IMG/VR virus record: IMGVR_UViG_3300021400_001610
Location: 18,490 to 82,489 of that record
Source of the DNA: a virus
Taxonomy: Duplodnaviria > Caudoviricetes
Direction: 5' to 3' (one strand)
Length of the DNA: 64,000 nucleotides
Of this stretch, positions 43,996-54,950 are shown piece after piece. Under the pieces are notes generated by a model. That model was not told the origin of the DNA. It saw nothing but the letters and a program-made list of their open reading frames with translations, and ran no database searches. The position numbers and the translations under genes are program-made. The first letter of the stretch is position 1, and each line of letters opens with the position of its first letter.

Positions 43996-44847
43996 TTATT
44001 TATTCTCCTCTAAAGTAAAAAATAATAATTCATAAGCATAAGGAAGTTTTTCTTTAAAGTTATTCACAAGCCACCGCCATTCAGATAATTTATGATTATG
44101 ACGATGATGAATTAAATTTAAAATATTTTCATAACTCATTGTAATTGTACGTGTTTGAAGCCACGATTCCGGAAGCCAACGTATGAGTTCTTTCCAATAT
44201 CTTTTATCTCCAGTTTCATTGTATAATTGCCTTAATTGTTCTAGATCAGTTAAAAATTCATTAATTCTAACATCTAAATGAATTGGGTCAATTAACTGTA
44301 TTCTATCATCATAGTCATCAGTTTCAAAACAATCTAATGTAATTGGAGTCGAAGCTAATTTATGCATTGTCGATGTTGAATTAGCTACGGTTCCAACCTT
44401 ATATGTATCAAATTCTTTCCAAAAATACAATGGCGCAGTTAAATCAAATGATACAATTATTTGACGAAGAAACTTGCGATGTTCGCTTCCTGCTTTTATT
44501 AATTTTTGTGCTAATTCTAAATCATTAGGACCAAGCAAAGCAATATCTTGTTGATATAAAGAACGATCGCCATAACGTAGAGTAGAATTGGTAGAATAAA
44601 ACCAATCCATATATTTTTGTGCTAAATCATAGAAATCATTATCTTTTAATGGCTCTTTACCAAACTCTTTTCTATGTTCATTTTCATAACTCGCCCAAGC
44701 ATAAGCAACGTCCCATTTATTATCTTCAAAATAATTATCATCAATTAAATCGAAGAAACTATCGCTTCTATCCCAGCTATTTAAAGGATTTCTCATTCCT
44801 CTAAAAGCGCCTTTAAAGTTAAATACTTCTAAGTTTTCTAATTTCAT
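43996..44847 (-). CDS. ThyX-like (flavin-dependent thymidylate synthase-like) protein, atypical
   Basis: HRKFLRQI.VSFDLTAPLY.WKEFDTYK...NSTSTMH and ELIRWLPES...R..H.L.EW blocks resemble Thy1 fold; RHR motif replaced. Confidence 0.65.
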   Translation of the reverse strand: MKLENLEVFNFKGAFRGMRNPLNSWDRSDSFFDLIDDNYFEDNKWDVAYAWASYENEHRKEFGKEPLKDNDFYDLAQKYMDWFYSTNSTLRYGDRSLYQQDIALLGPNDLELAQKLIKAGSEHRKFLRQIIVSFDLTAPLYFWKEFDTYKVGTVANSTSTMHKLASTPITLDCFETDDYDDRIQLIDPIHLDVRINEFLTDLEQLRQLYNETGDKRYWKELIRWLPESWLQTRTITMSYENILNLIHHRHNHKLSEWRWLVNNFKEKLPYAYELLFFTLEENK

Positions 44848-44941
44848 ATAATTAACTCCTTTTTTATCTCTATATATATTATATCAAAAAAAATTTTTTT
44901 TGTCAAAATTTAAAAGCCAGATTTTTCAATCTGGCTTTATC

Positions 44942-47119
44942 TTATTCTTCCTTATTTTCTTTCTCTTTTCTTCTAGAAAGAATTGCGATAATGATATTGA
45001 TTAAGAGGATGACAATCATCACAATTGTCCATTTATCTACAAGTACCATTGGTAAGGTTATATCTTCTGTAAGTAAGAATATAATTCCCGAAATAATACT
45101 TACGATAATTGTTAAAATTCTTTTAATTGCTTTATTATTATATTCTTTATCATCATTTGCTTCTCTTATTTTATTAATGGCTAAACTTATAATAAGTATT
45201 ATAGCTATAAAAAAAGTAAGTAACATCGCAATTAAATTAATTAATGCCCACTCTCCCATTGGCGCGAAGGCTTTATTCATAAGAGGAGTATTTGTATTTT
45301 TAATATCAGTTGTTGTAGGATTATTTTCTGTTGGTGTATTATCTGTGAAAATAATTGTTGTTTCTGATGTTCTTGGCGCCGGCGCTGAAGGAGTATTTGT
45401 CTTCGTAGGAACTGGTAGTAGACCAAGAAGAGAAACATGCTTTAGATATTCTCTTTTAACTGGGTCAGGTAAGTTTACCCAAGTTTCTACATCAGGTACG
45501 TCTATAAAAATTGGACTAATGTGTTCAATTGGTGTATATGTTTCATATGAAGGATTATAAATTTCCGGAACCTCTACGTATTCTGGTTCTTCTACTACTC
45601 TTTTCTCAATTATATTCTCTGTCTCATCTAATTCTTCAAGATAATTAGGATTATAAATAATAGGTTCAAATCCTAATAGTTCAAGAGTGGGTTCTGTTGG
45701 TGCAGTAGGTTCTGGTAAAGGAATGTTAGCAGTTACTTGTGAATTATAGTAATAAGTAACATAGATTTCATTACTATCACTAGCATACTTCTTTCCATTT
45801 TTATATGAAAATGTATAGCTATTTCCTTTATCATGGATTTCTTGATAGTCAGCCTCATCTTTAAATGGAGGATACTCAAATTGACCAAAAGTTTGATACC
45901 AATAATGACTTAAATAATTATTGCCCTGATAATTATAAAATGCTCCATAATTTTCATCTTCATACAATGGTTTACTGTTATTTGCATAAGCTAAACTTTT
46001 TACAGTAATCGTATCATTAGCATCAAAAGTAATTGTTTCTTCATAGCTTTGACCATTATACAAATAATGAGTTAAATATAAAGTATATGTCTCGCCACTT
46101 TTTTCTTCTGATTCCTGTACATTAACCGTAGATGTATATTCTTTTTCTTTTAATGCATTATTTTCTCTACGAACATCATTACGATATACAGCTTTCTTTA
46201 AAAGATTTTCAAACTGTTCTGAATTGTCTGTATAGGTTCCAGTTTCGGGATCATATGTAGGTCCAGACTTTAATGGAAGCATATTATATTCTTCAATAGA
46301 CATTCCTACATTATTAATTATCTGCTCATTTTTTATATCTGTTTGATTTGCTGCAGAAGTATAATTAGCATAATCTTCATCATATTTAGCTTTATCAGCT
46401 TTATACTGGGCCACGTCTTCAAGATACTTAGATTCTCTTTTAGCATTTTCTGCGTCAATTCTTTCTTTCTCAGTTTTATTAGCTACTTCAGTATCAGCTA
46501 CCTTCTGGTCTTCTTCTGCATTATGCTGACGAATTTGTTCGTTTTCTGCCTTAATACCTTCAATTCTTTCTTTTTCTGCGGCGACAGCCTCTTCATATTC
46601 CTTTTCGGCAACCGCTACATCAGCATCATATTGAGCTTTTCTACTGGCATTTTCAACTTCCGCAGCTTCTCTATCTTTTTTATTTTGTTTTACTTTAGCA
46701 TCCTCTGATGCATTGTGAGAACTAGCACTTGCAGCGCCCGCGGCATTTTGTTCATCAATTTTAGCATTTTCAGAATCTACTCTTGCTTGTTCTGCTTCAT
46801 TGGCCGCCACCGCATCGTCGTGAGCTTTTTGACTTGCTTCTTGTTTTGCTTGACCTTCAGCATTTTTTTGATTGATGTCTTTAACAGCTTGATTATATTC
46901 CTTATCAACTGCCGCGTTATATTTATCTACATCTTTATTATATTCTTTTGCTTCTTTATTATATTCTTTAGCTTTGTCATTATCTTTATAAGTTTCTACT
47001 TTCGGTTTATCTGGTTTTGCGGGAGGATTATCTAAATCAGTATCCGCAAAAGCAAATCCGGTTGTAGAAAAAATTAATGTAAAACTAAGAAGAATACTCA
47101 GGATTTTCTTCTTCATCAA
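44942..47119 (-). CDS. membrane-anchored surface protein (adhesin-like)
   Basis: Signal peptide, Ala/Glu/Lys coiled-coil repeats, PEPTAPTEPT Pro-rich region, C-terminal hydrophobic helices; terminator ~44914-44938. Confidence 0.8.
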   Translation of the reverse strand: MMKKKILSILLSFTLIFSTTGFAFADTDLDNPPAKPDKPKVETYKDNDKAKEYNKEAKEYNKDVDKYNAAVDKEYNQAVKDINQKNAEGQAKQEASQKAHDDAVAANEAEQARVDSENAKIDEQNAAGAASASSHNASEDAKVKQNKKDREAAEVENASRKAQYDADVAVAEKEYEEAVAAEKERIEGIKAENEQIRQHNAEEDQKVADTEVANKTEKERIDAENAKRESKYLEDVAQYKADKAKYDEDYANYTSAANQTDIKNEQIINNVGMSIEEYNMLPLKSGPTYDPETGTYTDNSEQFENLLKKAVYRNDVRRENNALKEKEYTSTVNVQESEEKSGETYTLYLTHYLYNGQSYEETITFDANDTITVKSLAYANNSKPLYEDENYGAFYNYQGNNYLSHYWYQTFGQFEYPPFKDEADYQEIHDKGNSYTFSYKNGKKYASDSNEIYVTYYYNSQVTANIPLPEPTAPTEPTLELLGFEPIIYNPNYLEELDETENIIEKRVVEEPEYVEVPEIYNPSYETYTPIEHISPIFIDVPDVETWVNLPDPVKREYLKHVSLLGLLPVPTKTNTPSAPAPRTSETTIIFTDNTPTENNPTTTDIKNTNTPLMNKAFAPMGEWALINLIAMLLTFFIAIILIISLAINKIREANDDKEYNNKAIKRILTIIVSIISGIIFLLTEDITLPMVLVDKWTIVMIVILLINIIIAILSRRKEKENKEE

Positions 47120-47342
47120 TCTTCCTCCCCTCTTCTAAACCTGCTACATATCCATTAGTATATTGAATATGTAGTTCTTTTTTAATATTATCGAATATGT
47201 TTGGAAAACAGCTTCCAATAACATACTCGAAAGGTATTTCTGTTTCTTCATTTGGTGAGATATTATCCAAAGCATCCACCATTTTTCTTAATATACCATA
47301 TTTAACTGTAATCTTATTGGTTAGCTGTTTTTCCTCACTCAT
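47085..47342 (-). CDS. hypothetical protein
   Basis: 85-aa ORF, RBS AAAGGAG. Confidence 0.7.
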   Translation of the reverse strand: MSEEKQLTNKITVKYGILRKMVDALDNISPNEETEIPFEYVIGSCFPNIFDNIKKELHIQYTNGYVAGLEEGRKIDEEENPEYSS

Positions 47343-47354
47343 ATAATTTCTCCT

Positions 47355-49556
47355 TTATAATTTTAATTTTTTACTATGCTTATATCTTTCTTCTACTTCT
47401 TTTTGCTTTCCATAATTAAAAGCAGTTTTGTAATCTCCGGTTAAGTATCCAGTAACTCTTCTGAGCCTTTGAATAGCTTTGCCGCCACATTCGGGACATT
47501 CGTTTCCAATTTCACCAGTCCAACCGCAATTTAAACATAAGTCATTGGGTACGTTTAAAGCGAAATATGGAATATCTTTGTCCATAGCAAAGTTGACAAT
47601 TTGTTCTAATGCTTCTAAGTTATGTAATACAGCGCCTTCTAATTCAACATAGGTGATGCATCCCGCACTTGAATAACCTGTTAATTGAGATTCGATACTA
47701 ATTTTTTCAAAAATAGAAACATCTTTCCATACAGGTACGTGCATTGAGTTAGTGAAATACTCGTGATCACTTATATTAGGAATTTCACCAAAGTCTTCTT
47801 TAAATTTTTTCATTGCTGTATAACATAAGTTTTCAGCAGGAGTATAATACACTCCAAAATTTAATTTATATTTTTGTTTAAATTCAGCGCATCTATCTTT
47901 AAATAATTGTTCAATTCGTTTTGCTAATTCCATTCCTCTTTCTTCAGTATGGTCACAACCAATAAGAATTTGAAGAGTCTCTGCTAATCCAATTTGCCCA
48001 AGGGAAAGTGTACCATGTTTGAGCGCGGAACGAATCCCTTCTTCAGGTTTATAACCAATCATTGTTCCGTTTTCATACATGAATTTAGCGGCCGAGGCAT
48101 CCTGTGAACAAATATATTCATACCGTTCAATTAACATATCTTTTGCTTCATGGATTTTCTCATCAAGCAAAATCATAAAGTCTTCTACATTACCAGCTTG
48201 CATTGCTAAAGTTGGCATTATAACTGTTACAGGACAGATGTTTCCTCGTCCGTCTTTTGTTTGGGGATTTACGCCAGGATCAGCATTAATATCAGCTCCA
48301 TTTGCCGTGCGACATCCCATGGTACTGAAATAAGTCTTTGGATCGTTTTTATCATAGCCAATGTTACCTGTCCAATCTACATTCGCATAATTTGGATATA
48401 GACGGCGCGCAGTTGATTCAAGTGCTAATTTAAATAAGTCATAATTTGGGTCACCAGGCTCTCTATTTACTCCTTTCATACATTGGAAAATGCCACATGG
48501 AAAGATAGGAGTTTTATGTAATTTACCAACACCCTTGATCGAGCCTTCAAGAAGTGCTTTAATAATCATGCGACCTTCTGGTAAGGTACATGTTCCGTAA
48601 TTAATTGAGGTAAAAGGTAATTGATTTCCACTTCTGCTTTGTAATGTATTAAGGTTGTGATACATACCTTCGACAGCTTGCTGAGTTTCTTTTACTGTCA
48701 TGTCCATAGCATAAGTGTAAGCAGGCCCATCATTAATTTTTTTATAATAATCTAATGGATACTCTTCTGGTTTAAAAGTTTTTTCATTTTCGTGATAATC
48801 TATATTTTCTATATATTTCAATCCATCTTTATAATGTTTATAAAAACTTTTCCTTACATAAGGAACCATCGTCCAATCAAGATGTGTAGCACTTACTCCA
48901 CCAAATTGCATAAGCGATTGAAGCTGAAAGATAACTGCAACCAATTGAAAAGCAGTATTTACACTATTTGCGGGCCGCACATCTGTTTGTCTTGTATTAA
49001 AACCTTCAGCAAGTAACTTATCAAAAGGAACTGATAAGCAGTTATGCATACCAACTGCATAATTATCTAAGTCGTGAATATAAATCTCATTATTTAAGTG
49101 ATTCATTCTTGACTTTTCACTCATCAAATTATCAAGAGCATATTGTTTAAAAATAACCGATTCAGCCTCACCTTTCCGACCGCCGAATGAGTGTTCATCT
49201 ACATTGGCATTTTGATTCTCAATATTTGTTGCTTCTAATTTAGAAGACATCAAATCCATCATTTGAGAATTCCATTTTCTTACGCGCTCGCGCTCTTGAC
49301 GATAACGAATATATGATCTAGCTACATCTTTTCTTTTTGTAGCCATAAGACCATTTTCTACTAAGTCTTGAATCTGTTCAACTGTTAAAATTTCATCAGT
49401 TTTATCTCTGATAAAATTAGCTATATTATTAGCTTTCTCTAGTGCATAATCTGAAATTTCTCCATCTATTTCTTCGAAGGCTTTTAATATAGCATTAACA
49501 ATTTTATTTCTATTAAATTCAACTACTCTTCCATCTCTTTTTTTAATATATTGCAT
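47355..49556 (-). CDS. nrdD: anaerobic ribonucleoside-triphosphate reductase (class III)
   Basis: N-terminal ATP cone (KKRDGRVVEFN), MGCRT finger loop, CLNC..CPEC, glycyl-radical RRVTGYL. Confidence 0.95.
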   Translation of the reverse strand: MQYIKKRDGRVVEFNRNKIVNAILKAFEEIDGEISDYALEKANNIANFIRDKTDEILTVEQIQDLVENGLMATKRKDVARSYIRYRQERERVRKWNSQMMDLMSSKLEATNIENQNANVDEHSFGGRKGEAESVIFKQYALDNLMSEKSRMNHLNNEIYIHDLDNYAVGMHNCLSVPFDKLLAEGFNTRQTDVRPANSVNTAFQLVAVIFQLQSLMQFGGVSATHLDWTMVPYVRKSFYKHYKDGLKYIENIDYHENEKTFKPEEYPLDYYKKINDGPAYTYAMDMTVKETQQAVEGMYHNLNTLQSRSGNQLPFTSINYGTCTLPEGRMIIKALLEGSIKGVGKLHKTPIFPCGIFQCMKGVNREPGDPNYDLFKLALESTARRLYPNYANVDWTGNIGYDKNDPKTYFSTMGCRTANGADINADPGVNPQTKDGRGNICPVTVIMPTLAMQAGNVEDFMILLDEKIHEAKDMLIERYEYICSQDASAAKFMYENGTMIGYKPEEGIRSALKHGTLSLGQIGLAETLQILIGCDHTEERGMELAKRIEQLFKDRCAEFKQKYKLNFGVYYTPAENLCYTAMKKFKEDFGEIPNISDHEYFTNSMHVPVWKDVSIFEKISIESQLTGYSSAGCITYVELEGAVLHNLEALEQIVNFAMDKDIPYFALNVPNDLCLNCGWTGEIGNECPECGGKAIQRLRRVTGYLTGDYKTAFNYGKQKEVEERYKHSKKLKL

Positions 49557-49597
49557 GTATTCCTCCTAAGCAAATTTATATATTAAGGATTGTTAAT

Positions 49598-49786
49598 TTA
49601 TTTTATTAAACCACAATAAATACATTTATTATTCTTATATACATGCGGACAAATTGTTTGAAGATGTTCATTATCTTCCATATATTTTTGTACCTCAGGT
49701 TGAATAATAAAAATAGAAGGGTCTAATAGAGATTGGATTTGTTGATTATTAAAATTAATTTTATCTCTAATTTCTTCACCTGTCAT
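49598..49786 (-). CDS. small Cys/His protein
   Basis: CPH...CIYC; 62 aa. Confidence 0.65.
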   Translation of the reverse strand: MTGEEIRDKINFNNQQIQSLLDPSIFIIQPEVQKYMEDNEHLQTICPHVYKNNKCIYCGLIK

Positions 49787-50892
49787 TATCTTACCTCCTC
49801 CCCACGATATTCGTAGAAGTCTTTGAATAATTCGTAGTTGTTTTCTCTTACAAATTGAAAAATAGATTGAATTGATTCTTTAGTTAATAACGGTTCATTA
49901 ATTTGATATTGTTTAATCGCCGCCTTAGCATAACTATACAAAGTTTCGTAGGGTTCTGTATATTTAAAATATTTATTTCCTGCACTAACGACTAAGTGCT
50001 GATTATAACGAAGAATTAATTTCATAACCATCTTCCAATTATTATTAATGAAAAAGGATTCATTAAATATAAGTGGAAAAATAAGGTGTTGAGTACGTAA
50101 GTTTATTATATTATGAAATATACGTTGTATTCCACCATTAATTAATTCTTCTTCTGTAAAAAGATTATTTATATTAATTGAAGTTTGTTTTAATGTACTA
50201 AATTCTTTTTTTATTTCAACTAATTCTGGTATATAACTTTCATCTATTAAACCATTATGTTGTAATGAGTAATAAGAACCCATAGGATTGATACATAACC
50301 ATTTAAATAAATCCTTTTTATTATTAACTTGAATTGGAAACTTTGCACCGATCCGGCGCCCAGTTTGGGATGGAATCCATTCAGATAAATTATCTTTTAT
50401 AAAATCAATAGCATCCTCAACGTTATTTAAATTATAATCGTGAAAAATAATTCCATGTATACCGTGTCCGCGCCGTAGTTGTTTTTCGTAGTCTTTCCAA
50501 ATCGTTTTACCATCAAGAGAAAGTCGTATATGTTCTGCTCGTCTCATTGTGCTAATTGGAATTTGGTATTTTTTACTTTTTGGAAAAGGTGCATTTGCAT
50601 ATAATTGAATATCTGGTTTCATTAATTCTATTTCTATAGGTAATGGTTTATATTTTTGCCCATCGAAGGCGCGGCCGCCATATTCAATATTCTTATAAGT
50701 TAAATTTAACGGCTTTGAATTATAAAAATCTTGTCTTATAATAAAATGACTATAATGATATGGAGAGAAAGTTGGAGCTAATCCAACAATCTCTCTTTTA
50801 TGTTTGTAATAGGAGGATAGTTTCATTAATTCTAAATTATAGAAAGGAATTGGATAATAGCGAAGGTCTGCATCATATAAGCCATAACTCAT
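49786..50892 (-). CDS. radical-SAM-associated-like protein lacking the CxxxCxxC motif
   Basis: GLYDAD, NLELMKLSSYYK and GG...LPIEIE..KPD..LY N-terminal signature; no Cys triad. Confidence 0.5.
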   Translation of the reverse strand: MSYGLYDADLRYYPIPFYNLELMKLSSYYKHKREIVGLAPTFSPYHYSHFIIRQDFYNSKPLNLTYKNIEYGGRAFDGQKYKPLPIEIELMKPDIQLYANAPFPKSKKYQIPISTMRRAEHIRLSLDGKTIWKDYEKQLRRGHGIHGIIFHDYNLNNVEDAIDFIKDNLSEWIPSQTGRRIGAKFPIQVNNKKDLFKWLCINPMGSYYSLQHNGLIDESYIPELVEIKKEFSTLKQTSININNLFTEEELINGGIQRIFHNIINLRTQHLIFPLIFNESFFINNNWKMVMKLILRYNQHLVVSAGNKYFKYTEPYETLYSYAKAAIKQYQINEPLLTKESIQSIFQFVRENNYELFKDFYEYRGEEVR

Positions 50893-53800
50893 ATTTCCAT
50901 ACGCTCCAATTCTGTTTTAATATATCCATTATCTTCAATTGATGTAATTAATTCAACTAAATGATGTGGAGTATTTTTATATTTTTTTGCAATAAAATTA
51001 TCTTCACGTCTAATTCCAGTTACTATAATTTTATTTCCTCTTGAAAACCATGATTTCTCAATTACTTTTTTTGTTCCATCGGGTCTTTTTTCTGATAATT
51101 GTTTATCATAATGTGTAAAAGCATCACCAAATATTTTTACATTAACTACTCCAGTTGTGGTTAACAAAGTTACGGTTTTCTTTGCTTTATCTTTATCTAA
51201 TACTGTTCCTGCAATTCTATGAATTTTAAACAAAGGAATTTTCTTTCCTGTATCTTTCGCTCTAAATTCATAATTAACTTCCGGCTGTTCTGGTAACTTG
51301 GTATAATCACTTAAGCCATATAATCCAGTTTTTAAATTCTTTAATTCATGGTCATGTACATAACATGAAATTGAATCCATTTCCCACTGACTGATATTAC
51401 CAAGACAATATTTATCCCACATATCATGCCATAACCTATTATTAACTGCTTCTAATAATTCTTCATTATGTTCCTTGATAAATGGTCTAATAATATCCAT
51501 TTGTTTTTTATAAATTTTATCCCAATCAGTTTGTTTAATTATAAAAACATAATCATTTGATGTAGATAATAAATCCATATCAAAGTTTTCTGAATAGAAT
51601 GATAATGCTATATTATCTAAACCATATGAATTATCTATTTTATTCTTTTTTAAATATTTATTAAAGTTATAAACTCTACATTGAAAATCATATTCTTTTG
51701 GAATTAAATTAAAATCAATTAACATTTTCATATTCTGTAATGTGATACGTTTTTTCTTATCAGCAATTACATCGATATAATCTTTCATTGCTTGAACACG
51801 ATCGTTCCCTTTGCAAATATTATCGAAGGCGCCCGCCTTAATCAAATTAATCATTTGAGGCTTATTAATCTTAACTTTATTCAAAAAATCTTCAATAGAA
51901 TCATATGGTCTATTATCTATTATTTGATGAATTAAATCTACTCCAACTTTAGTAATACCGCTGAGTCCATAGATAATACTATTTCTATTTATGTCAGGCG
52001 CGAATGTAAACTTCGATTTATTAATATCAGTTGCAATAATATTAACTCCCTCAGTTTTCATTTTTCCAATTGCTGTAGCAATTTTTCCATAATTGATTTT
52101 GGAGGTTTTCCGCGCCTTGGCACTATCATTACTATCGGTTTCTTCTGGTTCGACGTTAGCGCCATCTTCAAAAATTCCCATTGATACGTCATCAAAGGTT
52201 TGTTCATTATTGTTTCTATCTGTATCTTCTTCATTAAAAATTTCTTCTCGTTCATTGCCGCCACTATCGCTAATTAAACAAGCGCAATTCCATAAAATAA
52301 TTGGATAACGATATGCTAAATTTAATTCTTGTAATCCAATAATTGAATATGCTAATGTATGAGATAGATTAAATCCATAACCCTTACTCATCGCAATAAG
52401 TACATTCCATACATACTTACAAAGCTGTTCATTACAGCCGCGCTCTTTAATCTTTTCAAAATATTCTTCAGTTAACTTCTCATATTCCGCTGGGTTCTTT
52501 TTTGCAATTGATTTTCTTAATTTATCTGCCCATGTTAGATTAAAACCACCTAACTCCGGAAGCTGAACTAATTGCATAAATTGTTCTTGAGCGATACATA
52601 AGCCGTAAGAAATACCTAATATTGGTTGAAGGATTTCTTTGGCTTCGGCGCCAAGTCCGTATTTTTGTAATTCATAATCCCAATCAGATGGATGTGCTTT
52701 AAACCTTGCCAATTTATTAACTGGCATTTCTCCACCTTTTTCCGTAGCCATAAGACGAATCGCTGAATTTAAAATTGCTAAGTCATCTACTGAAGTTGGT
52801 TTCATTGCTGCAATACCACTTATTCCAGACTGTTTTTCCATTTGGAATAAGCTCATTACTTCGTGATTCCAACACATTTTCCACATTTCGGGATTAGTTC
52901 TTTCTAAATTATATACACCTACAATTTTCTCATAAGTTTCTTTTAATGTCGATTCTTCTTTCTCATAACCATATTCACAAATTAAATCAATACAATTATG
53001 AATTTTATCTAATGCTTCTACTGAAAGAATATCATATTTGATTAATCCAGTATCTTCTGCATCATGTAAATCGAATTGTGTAATAATTTCACCACTTGGC
53101 GCCCGCATAAGTGCCGTTGAATTTGTAAATGGTTCGTCAACGAAAATAACTCCACCTGCATGAATACCCATTCCATTGATAAGTCCTTCAATTCCTTGGG
53201 CAACGTTCCAAAGCTCTGGATAATTTTCTTCCATTTCAATTCGGAACTGTTTTGATGCACTAATTCCGTTATCTGGATCGCCATAAAAAGTTTGATGTAA
53301 TGTTCTTAACTGTCCTCTATCAGCTTCAATAAATGAAGATAAATATTGCGCCGTATCTACATCAATACCTAATCCTCTTGCTGCTGTGAGAATTGCAGAT
53401 TTAGATTTTTCAGTTTTAAGAGTTAATACATTTGCAACCCTGTCTTCACCATATACTTCTCTAAATCTATTCAATACTTCTGCGCGCCGGCCGCCTTCGA
53501 TGTCAATATCTACATCAAGTACTGATACACGTTCAGGATTAAGAAATCTCCATCTTTTTGTTGGGCTGTTTTCTCGAAGTGGATTTATTTGTGTAATTCC
53601 TAAAAGATACAACAAAATAAATCCTACACCAGATCCACGACCAGCTCCTACCAATGTTCCAGCATCCCAGCATACATCAATTATATTTTGAAGATTTAAG
53701 AAATATGCACTCCATCTACTTCCATTTACTTCGGAAGAAACCCAGGTGTCTTCAAGACAGGCATTAATTTCGTCATAAGTTTCTTGATTATTTAAGGTTT

Positions 53801-54881
53801 CATCATTTTTAATTCTATCAACTATTGCATAAACCAATAAATTATCTTCAAAATATTCTGACTTTAAAAAAGTTTTTATATAAGGAATTTTATTTTTATA
53901 AAATTCTATTTCATTATTATGAGCATGATGATTTTTCCAATTCAATCTTGGAATATTCAATGATTTCATTAATGTAAAATCTTTACATTTATTTTTAATT
54001 TCAATTATATTCTGATATGCTTTTTGAAGAACCTCTTCTCCAAGTTCTTCTTCCATATAACCCCTAATTTCTTCATCGCTCATTTGATAAGTTGTTGCAT
54101 AAAAATCATCAACCTCTCTATCTCCCTGCTGAGCGTTAAGAAAAGCTTTATGAATTGGCCTATCTTCTTTTTTCAAATAATGAGAATCGGTTGTAATTAT
54201 ATATTTAATTCCTAACTCATCACTCAATTTAACCAACTCATTATTCACATAAATCTGGTCTTTATTCTTCGATGGTTGCATTTCAAAATAAAAATCATCT
54301 CCGCCAAAAATCTTTTGCATTTGGTTAATCCAAACTTTAATTTTATCCATCGAAGGCGCGCCAGTATCACGTAACCTCATAAGTTGAGTTGGAAGACATC
54401 CTCCAAGACAAGCCGTACTTCCAATTACATGACCAGGATTTGCTCCAATAATATCAATTAAATCTTGATAATACGTTGGTACTCTACGCATCCTGCGCGC
54501 GATCCAGCTTCTCATCCACGCACGAGTTGATATTTCACGAATTTGTTGATGACCAATTTCATCTTTTGCAATTAAAATGAAATGATAATATCTATCAAAA
54601 TCTTTATTAAAATTTTGATTCGTTAATCCATTTCTAACTAAATAAATTTCATTACCAAAAAGAACCCTAAAGTTAGGGTTATCTTTTTTAATTTTATTGT
54701 AATATTTTTCTGCTCTAACCGCACTAGCTATTGTATCATGTTCGGTAATTGCTACTACTTCATGACCAAGTTCAATTGCATAATCAATTAATGATTCTAC
54801 AGTATTAATACTATCGCGCAAACGAAAGTTACTGAAATCAGTATGATTATGCAGAGAACCAGGGTATCTTAATTTCTCCAT
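50889..54881 (-). CDS. dnaE: DNA polymerase III alpha subunit (DnaE-type, PHP domain)
   Basis: SLHNHTDFS PHP, TTDSHY, GRGSG, RFLNPER..LDVDID, GIHAGG, KYDILSV, YGFNLSH, C-terminal OB fold. Confidence 0.95.
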   Translation of the reverse strand: MEKLRYPGSLHNHTDFSNFRLRDSINTVESLIDYAIELGHEVVAITEHDTIASAVRAEKYYNKIKKDNPNFRVLFGNEIYLVRNGLTNQNFNKDFDRYYHFILIAKDEIGHQQIREISTRAWMRSWIARRMRRVPTYYQDLIDIIGANPGHVIGSTACLGGCLPTQLMRLRDTGAPSMDKIKVWINQMQKIFGGDDFYFEMQPSKNKDQIYVNNELVKLSDELGIKYIITTDSHYLKKEDRPIHKAFLNAQQGDREVDDFYATTYQMSDEEIRGYMEEELGEEVLQKAYQNIIEIKNKCKDFTLMKSLNIPRLNWKNHHAHNNEIEFYKNKIPYIKTFLKSEYFEDNLLVYAIVDRIKNDETLNNQETYDEINACLEDTWVSSEVNGSRWSAYFLNLQNIIDVCWDAGTLVGAGRGSGVGFILLYLLGITQINPLRENSPTKRWRFLNPERVSVLDVDIDIEGGRRAEVLNRFREVYGEDRVANVLTLKTEKSKSAILTAARGLGIDVDTAQYLSSFIEADRGQLRTLHQTFYGDPDNGISASKQFRIEMEENYPELWNVAQGIEGLINGMGIHAGGVIFVDEPFTNSTALMRAPSGEIITQFDLHDAEDTGLIKYDILSVEALDKIHNCIDLICEYGYEKEESTLKETYEKIVGVYNLERTNPEMWKMCWNHEVMSLFQMEKQSGISGIAAMKPTSVDDLAILNSAIRLMATEKGGEMPVNKLARFKAHPSDWDYELQKYGLGAEAKEILQPILGISYGLCIAQEQFMQLVQLPELGGFNLTWADKLRKSIAKKNPAEYEKLTEEYFEKIKERGCNEQLCKYVWNVLIAMSKGYGFNLSHTLAYSIIGLQELNLAYRYPIILWNCACLISDSGGNEREEIFNEEDTDRNNNEQTFDDVSMGIFEDGANVEPEETDSNDSAKARKTSKINYGKIATAIGKMKTEGVNIIATDINKSKFTFAPDINRNSIIYGLSGITKVGVDLIHQIIDNRPYDSIEDFLNKVKINKPQMINLIKAGAFDNICKGNDRVQAMKDYIDVIADKKKRITLQNMKMLIDFNLIPKEYDFQCRVYNFNKYLKKNKIDNSYGLDNIALSFYSENFDMDLLSTSNDYVFIIKQTDWDKIYKKQMDIIRPFIKEHNEELLEAVNNRLWHDMWDKYCLGNISQWEMDSISCYVHDHELKNLKTGLYGLSDYTKLPEQPEVNYEFRAKDTGKKIPLFKIHRIAGTVLDKDKAKKTVTLLTTTGVVNVKIFGDAFTHYDKQLSEKRPDGTKKVIEKSWFSRGNKIIVTGIRREDNFIAKKYKNTPHHLVELITSIEDNGYIKTELERMEI

Positions 54882-54950
54882 TCACATTTACCTCTTTCTT
54901 TTTTATTCTATATATAGTATATCAAAATTTTATTAATTTGTCAAATAATA

